Counted from the first letter of the whole stretch, positions 49,301-61,331 are shown. The stretch: DNA of 63,851 nt, filler included, from Octopus bimaculoides (GCF_001194135.2; 6 parts of 5 records of this genome joined end to end with filler, not necessarily neighbours in it); one strand, 5' to 3'. Translations and numbers: made by a program. The notes: a model not told the origin generated them from the letters alone.

Positions 49301-50205
49301 CAGAGTGTTCGGGCTAAATTTGATAGTTTGCATAAATGTGAAAGAAGACACAATATCCACTCCAAAAATAAAAATATTTTTGAAATATCAACTACATTAT
49401 AATCGAAAGATTATAGGTTAATCAAAGTAGCCACTCCCAGCTTCCACCACGGCCTCAAGACGGCACCAAACCTGGCTCATGCGTTCCTCACTGTCTCCCA
49501 CGGAAGACCTTCGAATACCTCCATGATCTTGGCCACCAACTCGGCCTTGTTGCAGGAAGGATGGTTGGTGTCTTTCTCAATCACATCCCACACATAGTGA
49601 TCCATGGGATTACAATCGAGAGGATCAGGAGGTCAGAAATCAGATCTGGAAGAGCAGAGATTTTCCGACAACCACTTCTAGCAGCTTCAGATAGCTGTTT
49701 GAATTGAGCCTTGGGACCTGTTCAAACATGTTTGTAGAATGTTATGATGTTTCTCTCACTGGACACACCTCCAAAGAGGATCACAGTTTGGAGGAACTTA
49801 ATTTTCATGGTGTGTGGTACATAACATGGATTGTGAGCAAGCCACCCGTTGTTCTGAGTGTTGTGCAACTAGTCCCGTTGGAAACTTTTTTATCTGCGAA
49901 TAAACAAATCATTCCCACCTCAACAGGATGCCTCAACTTGCCCTGAAGCTTCTTTTCTTTCGTCAAGTGGTTCTCATTGTTTTTAGCTTGCAGAAGTTGT
50001 CTCTTGCACCTCATATACAACAGTCCTTGTGATGCATTGGCATCTAGTGGACATGCAATATAACTTCTATATGAGTAATCTAACTTAGGTTCAGATATGG
50101 GAATATACTAATATTTTATTTTTGCTAAGTGTAAATTAAAAGAAACGCTTAAGGTACTTATGCATTTAAGGGAAATGCTTATCAACCAAACCCGCAAAAA
50201 TCCTA
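49301..50205 (-). mobile_element. IS630-Tc1-mariner element, maT/DD37D-like, degenerate
   Basis: TA|CAGAGTGTTCGGGCTAAA is TIR-like at 49299. Minus-strand pieces LFAD(E)K, QLHNTQNNRWLAHNP, KIKFLQTVILFGGVSSE and F*PPDPLDCNPMDHYVWDVIEKDTN...RLEAVVEAGSGYF correspond to the FSDEK and WPPxSPDxNPxDY catalytic motifs. The right end is degenerate. Confidence 0.8.
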
Positions 50206-50269
50206 CCTACAGCAGATTTTACATCCAGTGAGAAGTGAGTGAAGACCACAAAACTTCCCCGTGGCATTT

Positions 50270-50845
50270 TCTCTTGATGGAGTTGGAGCGGCATATAACT
50301 TACCTTATCCTTAAATGCGCTGCCAGTCAGGTCCGCGTTATTAAACGAGGCTGCAGAGTCGAAATTCTCTTTACTGGAAGGCAGGTTGTAAATTCTTTTG
50401 CTTACCCCTTAAATCATATTCGTGAACACTGACCAGACGACCGGAAGGTGTATTAAAACATATCAGGTTCACGTTCGGTTTCCCTAAAAGTTTATAAGTC
50501 TAAGGTCACGTCAGGGAAATCAACCCTTTTCAGGTTGGTTTCTATTGTAACCTTGACCCGGAGAGTATAGAGTATATCTTTCCAAAACCTATCGATAAGC
50601 CCTTCGTTTTTGTTGGTATTGCCAACGTATCGTCTCTGAAGAACTTCTTATTTAGTAAATCCAAGATGAAGTAGCTAATGAGGTCACATATAGCAGTACT
50701 TACAAAAGCTCATATAGCTACAGCAAAGGAGCCTCTCAGGTCAGTTTGTTTGTAAGTGTAGTTATTTTCCGACGTGCAGGATAATGACTATATTTCCATC
50801 TCTATTTTATTGTTGGCCCCAGCGAAGTCTAGTCTCATATGAAAA
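50270..50845 (-). mobile_element. Penelope-like reverse transcriptase remnant
   Basis: SFAVAI*AFVSTAICDLISYFILDLLNKKFFRDDTLA / DRFWKDILYTLRVKVTIETNLKRVDFPDVTLDL*. This follows the PLE pattern FDVxMG...EICDL...YRDD...ITIETNLKxVDFLDVTLDL. Confidence 0.75.
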
Positions 50846-50922
50846 AAAATCCTCGATATAGACAGGTAAGTGTTTCTCTATCTCAGCCACTGTTGGTTTT
50901 TAGCCCATATAATGGTTTCAGA

Positions 50923-51989
50923 TATTGACACAAGGCCAGCAGGTTAGGGAGAAGGTACAAGCCAATTACATTGACACCAGTGCTTAACTGGTTTTTGTTT
51001 TATCAGCCTCGAAAGGATGAAAGACAAAGTCGCCTTCGGTTGAATTTGAACACATAACGTTAAGACGGGTGAAATACCAATAAGCATTTTTCCCGGCGTG
51101 CTAATGATTCTGCCACCTCGCCGCCTTATTTTAGATCATATCATAATCCTTTCTACTAAAGGCACNNNNNNNNNNNNNNNNNNNNNNNNNNNNNNNNNNN
51201 NNNNNNNNNTTAATTAATTAANNNNNNNNNNNNNNNNNNNNNNNNNNNNNNNNNNNNNNNNNNNNGTTCGGTTTATGGATCTTGGGGAGGAAGTAAATGG
51301 TGGGGGTGCGTGGGGTGCGAACAATAAGGTTGGAGGCGGTGGCGGGGAGACAGGAGGAGAGGATGAGGTCATGGATAGTGGAGGACACAGTCTGTTGGTT
51401 GCTGGGCGTGGGGTCGGAGGGCAGAGGGCGGTAGAATGAGGTATCTCGAAGTTGACGGAGAGCTTCGGCTGAATCATTAGCACACCAAACAAAATACTTA
51501 GTAGCATTTTGCTTTTCTTTTACATCCTGAGTTCAAATTCCACCCAAGGTCGACTTTGCCTTTTATCATCTTGGGATTGCTAAAATAAGTAGCAGTCAAG
51601 CACAGGGGCTGATGTAAGCATCTAGCCCCCTCCCCCAAAATTTCAGGCCTTGTGCCTACAGTAGAAAGGAATATCTGAAGCTAAGCAGTGAGCTAGCAGA
51701 GTCTTTAGTGTGTCAGAAAAAAAGCTTAGCAGAGTTTCTTCCAGTTCCTTACATTCTAATTCCAAACCCTACCGAAGTCAGCTTTGCTTTCCATCTCTTC
51801 AGGGTCGATAAAATAAGTCCCAGTTGGGCACTAGAGTTGAGGTAATGAACTTGTCCCTTTCCTGGAAAATTGTTGGTATTTGACCCTGCAACAGACCAGC
51901 ATCTCATTCAGGAGAAATGTTGTGAACTCTATCAGTTATACACTATGGGATATGAGTAAACAGTTTTATAAGCCCTAGGGACCAAGAGA

Positions 51990-52033
<44 letters not shown>

Positions 52034-52034
52034 T

Positions 52035-52129
<95 letters not shown>

Positions 52130-53251
52130 CTAATATGGGAACATTTTGTAAACAAACTTATAAGTGCCACATGTGTCATGATGTTAACTAATGTGGTCCC
52201 TTTAACAAGTAAAATGATTTTTCTAATTAAGACACAATACCAGCAGTTTTAAGGGAAGCTGGTTAACTGATACCATTGAGCCTAGCACTTGACTGGTACT
52301 TTATTTCATCAACCCTAGACGAATGAAAGGCACCAAAACATAAAGTGTCGAAAGAAATATTGCAAGGTTTTTTTTCTGACTCTCAAACAATTTTGGCAGC
52401 TCACCACCTAAGGTTGATTCAAGGCCAGAATTGTGAAGGAAAGAAATGGTCAGTTAAACTGGTCTGAGATAACTAGCACAGCATGAGCCCCAGTTCTGAC
52501 ACCACTGAATGGGTAAATTTTTTCTCTGTGAGTAAAATTTGGTTGATGGAGACTGTAAGGATGCCAATTGAGTAGATGAAAGGCCCAGCCTGATCATGCT
52601 GATTTTGCCCAAGAATTGTTTTAAGGACATACAATGTCTGTGGAATGTTCATCCATTTATGGTTAGTTCAGTTGATCAAATATATTAAGTGAATGAAATC
52701 AATAAAAATACTTTATTTTCTATATTGGCACTTCAAGAAACATGAAATGTAAAGTTAACCCCAGTAAGATTTTACTAAGGTTTACTGCTATAAGACCAAA
52801 GGAACCATTAAGGATATGAAGACACAGAAAATAGCTTGGCCATCAGGGATAGTTGCTGAAATACTGGAAATATCCAGCAAAGCAGTATATGTAATGTCAG
52901 TCACATTGTCAATAACATGGTAGAGAGAGAGAGAGGGTGAGAGAGAGAGAGGTGTTATCAATAATAACTGGAGCAACAGTATGATTGTCAACTGCTACAA
53001 AGAGATTGTCTTGAATGAAGCAACTAAGTAGGTAGTAAATTAATGGACATGATTCTTTGAAATTTTGCCACAAGGACAGTAATTTTGAGGGGAGGGGTAA
53101 ATTGTTTACACTGATTCCAGTGCTCAGCTGAGACTTATTTTATCAATCCTGAAAGAATAAAAGGCAAAGTCAACCTCAGTGGAATTTGAGCTCAGAATGT
53201 AATACTGCTAAATATTTTGTTTGACGTCCAAGCGATTCTGCCAGCTTGCCT
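50923..53251. mobile_element. Cluster of five SINE family B copies: 50923-51128 (-), 51454-51670 (+), 51683-51882 (+), 52228-52409 (-), 53060-53251 (-)
   Basis: Each is collinear with 45728-45940, e.g. CCCGGCGTGCTAATGATTCTGCCACCTCGCCGCC; CTGAGTTCAAATTCCACCCAAGGTCGACTTTGCC; GGGTCGATAAAATAAGTCCCAG. Confidence 0.8.
51990..52126. repeat. (TG)n microsatellite
   Basis: Direct inspection. Confidence 0.97.
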
Positions 53252-54268
53252 CTTTAACACAGCTACTTTGGAAGAAAGTTAACATTTATATTTGTCCTAG
53301 TTAGAATAATGGGAGAAATAGGTAAGGTGTCACTAAAGTTGAATAAAGCTGTCAGTTATATCCTTCCATATATCAGGCACAACTTCAAGAAAAGTGGCAA
53401 AGAAGAGTTAAATTCAGGAATTACTGCTTGTCAGTATCACAACTTAAAAAGAAAGTGCTTCTATATCATGTTTCCATCCATCCACCTTGTATAAGCTGAA
53501 GCTGACGACATCATACATAGTATTTCATCATATATTTTTTAATCAATCAATACATGTGTCTTTTTTTTTTTTTTTCTGAACTTTGAATGAATTCTTAAAA
53601 ACACAGAATATAAAATAGTGGAAAGAAACACCGATTAGACTGTCAAAATCTAGAGGGAAATTGGAAAAACATCAAAAATGTATTAGTAGAAAAAATTTCC
53701 TTTCAAAAACATTTTAAAAACTGCCATCTTTATATGACATAGTGAACTAGTTTCTAAATATAGTGTTCTAAAAGATTAACATGCAAATCTGTTGCAATTT
53801 TAGATTAAAGTTGGAGTCATGATGTAAATACGTTCCCAAATTACATATTCTTCAGTGGAAATAAATATCTTAAAACCATTCATTAACATACTTTGAAAAA
53901 AAATATCATTGCTTGTGTGTCTGATTTACTTTCTAAAATCAGATATTAAAATTGATGGCATTTTTTAAACTGTAAGTTTATTGTTTCTTTTGTAGCTGTT
54001 TAGCTCCGGATCAAGCAGACTTACATTACAATCTAAGAGATTCATGCCATCACCATCCCATTTATATATGTATATAAAACCTAAGAGTATCAATTTCGTA
54101 GGATGAAAGGTAAATCGACCTCAGCAGTATTCGTAGTCAGGAAGAGTAAGGCTGTGATTTGACAGAATAGGCAGTGTCGTAGACAAAAGCAATGTTTTAT
54201 AGTGTTTAGTTGTTCCTTTATGGACTATGTTCAGATCCCAAAGTCAACTTCTCTTTTTATCTTTCCAG

Positions 54269-54278
54269 AACAGATAAC
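54269..54278 (+). other. Candidate 10-nt microexon AACAGATAAC
   Basis: CTTCTCTTTTTATCTTTCCAG|AACAGATAAC|GTAAGT. Confidence 0.3.
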
Positions 54279-54720
54279 GTAAGTACAAGCAGTGAACTAA
54301 AGCCAACATAATTGACAGAAAGCTTATATACATCATCTTTACACGATGGCCTGGCAAGCTGTTCAATAATGGATAGCTGCAGAACAATGCACAACTATGG
54401 AAATGAGAGACACTACACCTGAAGAGTTGCACGAATGAAACACTGTTGGTTGTATGTTGTCCGAAAAAATAAACGTCAGAGAGCAAAGTAATGTAACTAA
54501 ATACCACAAGGTATTTTTGCTTAGATCTACAAATTCTAGGTACCACTACTTTTATCAAAATTGTAATGAAACCATCGGATCTGGTGCATAATTGCAGTCC
54601 ATCACCTATGAAGTAAAATCAATGTACTTCAATCTAATTATAGACACCCCAAACATAGTGAGAATAATTTTAATTTATTTCATCTTTATCTTAAAGTTTG
54701 TTAATTTTCTTTACTATATA

Positions 54721-55668
54721 GGCGCAGCCTTGGCAGTGTGGTTGGAAGTTTGCTTTCCAACTAGATGGTCTTGGGCTCGATTGCACCGCGTGGCACAAGT
54801 AGCTTCTACTGTAGCCTCGTGCCAACCAAAGACTTGTGAGTGGATTTGGTAGACAGAAACTAAAAGAAACCCATGGTGCGCGCGCGTGTGTGTGTGTGTG
54901 CGTGCGTGTGTGTGTGTGTGTGTGCGTGTCTCTTTGTATTTGTTCCCCACCACTGCTTCACATAGGTGTTGGTTTGTTTACATCCTTTTAAATTAGCGGT
55001 TCGGCAAAAGAAAACTTATAGATTAAGTACCAGACTTGAAAAAAAAAAGTCCTGAGGTTGTATGTTCGACTTGTAGCTGTGTTTCGAAACGAAGCCGTCA
55101 GGTAACCAACTGGTCGTACATCACGACTGTACCACATTAGTTTCACGTGATCAGTCTATTAGGCAACCAATTAGCGTTATAACAGCGCATGAGCCAATCT
55201 TCGAGAATGTTCTTGTTGTACCCCATATAAAATCGCTTTTGGAGCCCGCACTCTTTGCAGGATATTGAGAGCGACCAACTCATTCACACGTCTCGTGTCT
55301 TGCCATGCAGAATGTTAAGGCAACTGAAGCAATACGTGCCTCCATTCTTACTACATCAGACAAAATCAAGGTATTTGTGCAAATAACTCCAAGCAGTATA
55401 CCTGTCCCTGTATGTAATTATTGTTGTTGCTATTTGTAAAAGGCAAGCGCAGTTTGACATTATGTACGATAATGAAATCTTCTATTACATGTTCGCGGAT
55501 GTTTTTCAGTTACTTCTACACGCAGCCCAAGAAACATATTTTCATTTATCCGTTCAGCAGTCAACACCACAGCCGCAACCAATACAAACCACCCAAGCGA
55601 CAGACTAAGCCTTTCAAAATGGTGTTTCAGCATGGCTGCAGTCCTGTGACTGAAATTGTTAAAGATAA
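54721..55668 (+). mobile_element. Full-length SINE family A copy interrupted by a solo LTR
   Basis: Head GGCGCAGCCTTGGCAGTGTGG, internal (TG)n and TTAGCGGTTCGGCAAAAG...GTTCGACT precede the insert. The tail resumes as GACTAAGCCTTTCAAAATGGTGTTTCAGCATGGCTGCAGTC. Confidence 0.85.
55072..55602 (+). mobile_element. Solo LTR (531 bp), probably Ty3/Gypsy-type
   Basis: Termini TGTAGC...GCGACA (TG...CA, 5/6 inverted). A 4-bp TSD GACT sits at 55068-55071 and 55603-55606. Two CCAAT boxes precede CATATAAAA at ~55225. Confidence 0.8.
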
Positions 55669-55960
55669 CTTTCTTTATTAGCCACACAGGGCTGAATACA
55701 GATGGGACAAATACAATGTAGAGCTTTTCTTTTTTTCGTGTGGGAGCGAAAACAAAGTAAAAAAAACAAAAGTAGGGACAACGATCGAAAGGAATCGACG
55801 GTCAGGCGGTAGTTGATGACGGATGCGATGTACGCGTTCGCCACCTCTGCCCGACCTTTTAGGGACAGCTTCCTCTCGGACCATTGCCGGTAGAGAGTGG
55901 CCACCCTACTCGTAATTTCGTCCTAGTTCTTCTCCGTTTGCAGGTCCGGAAATTGTTAAA
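55669..55960 (-). mobile_element. L1/Tx1-clade LINE deletion derivative (RT C-terminal piece fused to the 3' end)
   Basis: VATLYRQWSERKLSLKGRAEVANAYIASVINYRLTV is paralogous to 59400-59560. It is followed directly by a T-rich UTR and CAGCCCTGTGTGGCTAATAAAG (AATAAA at 55674-55679). Confidence 0.8.
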
Positions 55961-56934
55961 GATAAAGATATTCTGCTGTAGTTTCTACCCTGTTTAATGC
56001 TCAATATCTTTTGTTAAGAGACAGCATGACTTAAGAGCTCCCCGAATTCTTTCATCTTCTTTGATCATCCAAAATTAACAGATTTAAATATTTAAATCTG
56101 AGTTGTTTTACAGTAAACGCAATTCTGTCTCCCTGAAAATATATACAAAACGGATATAGTCATCAATAAGAGCCGGCTTTACACTGAATTTCAATATTCT
56201 TGTAGAAGACGGGCCACCCTGATATACTTTCTGTAGATAAAGTGGTGGAGATTGTTGTTTCTGCCTCTTTTTTTACATTAACCACCAACGTAAAGTGAGC
56301 CTCATTTCTATAGTTAAACCTCACATCCGACTACTTTTAACTCAACGAGGTTTTCAATGGCGTTTAGTGATCTTAAAATTGTACATAAAAGTATTCTACT
56401 TTATATTTTGTCGCTTTTGCTTTTATATATGTATCTCTATCCTTAAACCTTTCCTATTCTTTATCTCTCTTCAAATGTTTAATTTTTGCAGCTCAGATTG
56501 TTTTTATTCCAATACACTGACAATATCTCCTCCTACATCATTCACACGGTCTCAGTGTTCCTTACTATACAACCAATCTTTCCAATCACTCAGCCTATAA
56601 AAAGAAAACACAAAACCAATGTTGAAATGTATATCGGCGAAAGAAAAATCTCAACACATCTTCCTCATACGTGTCTGATACAGCCACTATATTTCAACTG
56701 GAGGCTAGCTAATAAGGATTTGATTTCAGTTCCATTCTTAGTTTTCTAAAGAAATATATAAAGATTTTTCTTTCTTTTTCGTTTTGTTTTTAAGCTGATA
56801 AAGCTATCAACAAAGTCTTACATTTTAATGGCATCCTATAAACTAGCCCCTGGAATCATTAATTTTGAATCAAATCCGTAAACAATATATTCTTTTAATG
56901 TTGACATTAACATCATCACTGCGAATGTCACCAT

Positions 56935-56984
56935 CACCATCATCACCATCCTCCCCCTCCTTCTCGTCATCATCGTCATCATCG

Positions 56985-57057
<73 letters not shown>

Positions 57058-57066
57058 TATCATCAT
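56935..57066. repeat. (CAT)n microsatellite
   Basis: Direct inspection. Confidence 0.97.
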
Positions 57067-57835
57067 TGTAGCTTGTCAGCTTGATGGAATCGCTATATTT
57101 TTTGAAAGATTATTTGGATGTTTATCTATTTGGTTGCACCCGTGAAAATTTTAAAATTTAGTGTATTGATGTAATTTTCCACGTTGAATCTCAGGGGCCA
57201 ATTCACTTCTTCCAGAAAATATCTTTAAAAAAGTAACAGAGGTTTAAAATTTGATAATTTTTATTCAACCAGAAAACGGGATTTGGGAGCTATCATTTTG
57301 TGCCTGACAGCATGTGTTGTCAACTGAAACATTGGCAGAATTCTGCTTTATGCACGCCATAACTCCTCATAACTATTTATCTGTTGGAATTTTCAGAAAT
57401 GTTTGGTGAATTTGTATTCTACACACGAGAATTCATACGATTATGCAAAAATAATTTGTACGTGATTTAAGGCCTATTTAACTGTTATTTTTAGCACAGC
57501 TCACGACCACCTGTGTTTTAAGATTTAATAAGTGAAAAATGACCACGTGGGTAAGCAGCTTCATGACAGCTCGGCTTGTTACTATGGAAACAGACAATTA
57601 TATATCAGTGGCTTTCGATTGGCTTTAAAATAAGCAAAACTTGAAAATCTAAAAGATATTAAGTTTTTATTTATTGATTTATGGTGAAAATGAATCTCTT
57701 GTCAATGATTACCATATAAAACAATATGAACACATCAAATATGAAATCAACTGGAGCAAAAATTGAAGAAATTGAAAAGTGGCAGCCAAACAGAAAAGAT
57801 CCCATTATTCTATTAATCCATCTCAATATTTTCGT

Positions 57836-57885
57836 TAACGTACTTTACTTTAACGTACTTTACTTTAACGTACTTTACTTTAACG
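57836..57885. repeat. 15-bp tandem repeat TAACGTACTTTACTT x3.3
   Basis: Three perfect units start at 57836, 57851 and 57866. Confidence 0.95.
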
Positions 57886-58744
57886 CCTATACTTTAATTA
57901 ATAAATCTACACTACATTTTAATGATTAATTCCTGGCGAACGGATATTCTTTAATCCTTGTAAATAAATATACAACTAATTTGGAGAAAAAATTCTGTTA
58001 TGAACCGATATTATCTTCTCCAAACTTCAACACTTTTTCTCTTTTAGCAGCTCTCCCTCTCCTCCTCCTTCCCCTTTACTCGTCCCCCAGCTTCCTCTTC
58101 CACCTCTCTTTCCCCCCTTTTACCGCAAAAGTATTGACATTTGTTCTTGTATATACTCTTGCTCGTTGACTTCAACAACTATTTAAAAAATTCTAGTTTT
58201 ACTTTTTATTTCTGTTCTAAATCTAAAATAAGTTAGGATTGCTACTGCCGTTTTCAACTATGTTGAACTTTTGAATATTTCTCTCATTATTAATAGAATT
58301 ATGGCTTTTTTTTTCTCCAGTATGACTACCTGCTTTGAAACAGTGCAATGTCATGTAGACCTTATGAGATAACGATGTTTAGAAATGTCTAAATACAATA
58401 TTCAACAAAAGCGGTTTGTTACTGACAGTCACTCCGAAAATGTTAGTCCTTATTCGACAGCTATGCTTATAAAACATCCACTACAATATTTAACAAAAGC
58501 AGTTTGTTACTGATAGTAATTCTATTCAGAATTTGTCAGTAATAGAGGGTAAACCCTGATAACTAATTACTGAAAAGATAGGAACTCATCTGTTTGACTA
58601 ACACTTTTAAAAAGATTTTAATGAAGTGAAAATTTTGGTATATTCTGCCAATGTTTCAGTTTGGTATATTGATGTAATTTTCTGTGTGATAACTGCGTAA
58701 TTTTCTGCGTGATAGCTGCTCAAGCATTTCCCTTCCTCGGTTTG

Positions 58745-59934
58745 AATTCCCTCGTTTGTAAGTCACTCTTCAAAACATGCAGGACCGTCTCGTCGTCCTG
58801 CGTGCATCTCGGACATGCACGGCTGACGGTACTTCTGTGCCTGTAAGGTTTATCTTGAACAGGCAAAGCTCATCGGTAGCACTGCCAAGCCAGAGATTTT
58901 TGGGAGATTATCCATCGGTCCCGGGCCGAGAGTTCCCCGGAAAAGAGCGACTAGTTGACTTTCTTCGATGCCCAAGGTCTCTCCCAAGAACATCGTCACA
59001 CTTTTCCTCCACTAATTCTCTATAAAAAGCTAAAGTGAATGTTCCACCTATCGCAGTATTGATTGGTTGAGGGCTTTGAGCACTTGAAGACATTAGACTT
59101 TCCAAATGCTCCCCACCGTCTCTGTTTTACCGAGGACTGCAGTTTCGTTTAAGAAACTAGCTGCGGAAATACGTGTCTGGCGAACGATGATCATACCTGT
59201 TCACCGTCAATAAAGCACTGGAGATGTAGCCTCAGCGCATGTCTGCACATCATCAACTACGGCATGCCCAGGCCACCATTCTGCGGGTATCGACAGCAGA
59301 TCGACCACCTGACCATCGGGACGAGTCATTTCCATAAGAAGCAGAAGAGTATACGCTCCAGCGTAATCAGACAGTGGCCAGAACAAGGCACGATGGTCAA
59401 GCGATAGATGATGGACGCGATATACGCATTAACCACCTCTGCCAGACCTTTCAGGGATAGCTTTCTCTCAGTCCATTTCTGGGTGAGAGCAGTCCCCCTG
59501 CTCGTTGCATTGTTCCAGTTTTTGTCCATCTGGAGGTTCAGACTGAACCAGACTCCGAGCAATTTAACCAGTCCGTCCGTCCAGTGCCCAACGACGCAGT
59601 TGGACAGCATGGACTTTCTTCACCAGATGCCGAGCCGCAAGCCCATTGATTTTTCCTGGTTAATCGTCGCTCCTGAAACCGCCTTGTAGTCCCTGAGAGC
59701 GGTACCGATCATTTCTATGTGTTTATTATACGACACCACTACGATAATGTCGTCGGCATATGCCGACACGCATCTCCCACATCCTAGATCACGCGGGATG
59801 CCTCTCAACGCCTCCAATTTGTGTAGTTGTGGCTCGAGAGTCAGTACATGTAAGAGAGACGAGAGGGGGTAAACTTGCCGGACCGAGTGCATGATGTTGA
59901 ACGGCTCTGATGGGTGACCGTTCACTCTGACCAC
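58745..59934 (-). mobile_element. L1/Tx1-clade LINE ORF2 remnant (RT core to C-terminal Zn knuckle), multiple stops and frameshifts
   Basis: VRVNGHPSEPF...SVRQVYPLSSLLHVLTLEP...VSAYADD...INQEKS (RT); KLLGVWF...WTERKLSLKGLAEVVN...LERILFCFLWK; NGGLGMP; and RACPRCTQDDETVLHVL (zf-RVT-like). Confidence 0.92.
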
Positions 59935-59938
59935 TTAA

Positions 59939-60236
59939 CAGATGTTGCGGATCTTTTTTAAAACGGGGGCCACATTTTTCATTAACGAAACACTATGAAA
60001 CTTGGAACACTGGTAGAATGTGTCATATAAAACATCTTTTTCTCTTAGTCTTCTTTAAAAAAAAAAGAAATCCATAACTTATTCCATGTTAAAGTTGTCG
60101 TATTTCTGTAATTTCAACCAATCACTGACGTCCATTCAGCCAGTGCCGACTACATAAACAAACGATTCTGAAACAATTAACCTTAACCCTAACCCTAGGG
60201 TTAGGGTTAGGGTTAAAGCAAATTTAAAATGAAAAA
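59939..60236. mobile_element. Probable DNA-transposon end (Tc1/mariner-like CAG terminus) containing an inverted telomeric-repeat palindrome; truncated by a gap
   Basis: Begins CAGATGTTGCGGATC where the L1 remnant stops abruptly. Contains TTAACCTTAACCCTAACCCT|AGGGTTAGGGTTAGGGTTAA (60177-60216). Family assignment is inference. Confidence 0.45.
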
Positions 60237-60492
60237 NNNNNNNNNNNNNNNNNNNNNNNNNNNNNNNNNNNNNNNNNNNNTTAATTAATTAANNNNNNNN
60301 NNNNNNNNNNNNNNNNNNNNNNNNNNNNNNNNNNNNTGATTAACTATGGCTAGTTTAGTTCGTTATTTTTCTTCTTGTTTTGCCTATGTGAGTTGCGGGT
60401 AACTGCTATCTGTTGGAGTTTCAGCATTTTTAGCTGCTATTTCTGAACTTCGGTATGTGGTGAAGCAACCTGTTGCTGAACCCTTAATTTTG

Positions 60493-60537
<45 letters not shown>

Positions 60538-61294
60538 AGACATATAGCATACTACCCCGAACAATGATTCAATGATTAATGAATATGAAATAACCAATAA
60601 ATTTATCAATTAACAAAGTAATAACAATGACTGACTACTCAGCCATCCTCGATTTTAACAGAAAGAGGATACAGATTTTAAACAATATTGAAGGTGATAT
60701 CTTACTGTGAGACTAATACTCTAGCACCCACTGATTGACAAACCAGATGTGTTTTATTTTCTTGTCAAAGACTCTATTACTTGATCGGGATATATTCATG
60801 TAAACTAATTTTTATTTTCTTATCATTATAAAAACATGTATTACCTCATCTGAATGATTTTAACTAAACTATTTTTTGACTCATCACATAGGATACACAA
60901 AGCCGCACACTTTAATTTTGAAAATCTTTTTTAAATAAGTGAAACCGGTTAAAAGACTCGTTTAAAAGACTCGTGCATTTTCAGATTCTTTTCCCTATAT
61001 TTTTACTCATGCGGTAACCCCTACAACTTTACTTTGTTTTATATATATATATATATATATATACATATGCATATGTATGTGTATATATTTATATGCATGT
61101 GTGTGTGCGTGAGTGCGTGTGTGTGTGTGTTCACGTACAAAATGTGTGCGCATTTGCTGAGCAGTTCAATAAAAATGAGTGACAGAAAGAGGGAATGAGG
61201 GAGAAAGACAAGATGAGAGGAAAATAGAGGAGAGAGAGACAGATAGAAAGACAGATAAAGAGAAAAAGGAAGAGAGAGAGGGAAAGAGAGAGAG

Positions 61295-61331
<37 letters not shown>

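Noticed and set aside
51266-51440. G-rich stretch with a ~57-codon Gly-rich frame and possible G-quadruplex
   Set aside because: The loops between G-runs are long and irregular, the peptide is low complexity, and it starts at a gap edge.
54733-54746. TGGCAGTGTGGTT matches the start of miR-34
   Set aside because: It is the A-box region of a SINE A head, and the 3' half does not match.
57675-57684. Perfect Pbx-Hox site TGATTTATGG
   Set aside because: A single AT-rich 10-mer is plausible by chance in ~55 kb and has no supporting context.
60177-60216. Ancestral telomere-telomere fusion site
   Set aside because: The orientation is CCCTAA then TTAGGG, the reverse of a fusion, and there are only about three units per side.
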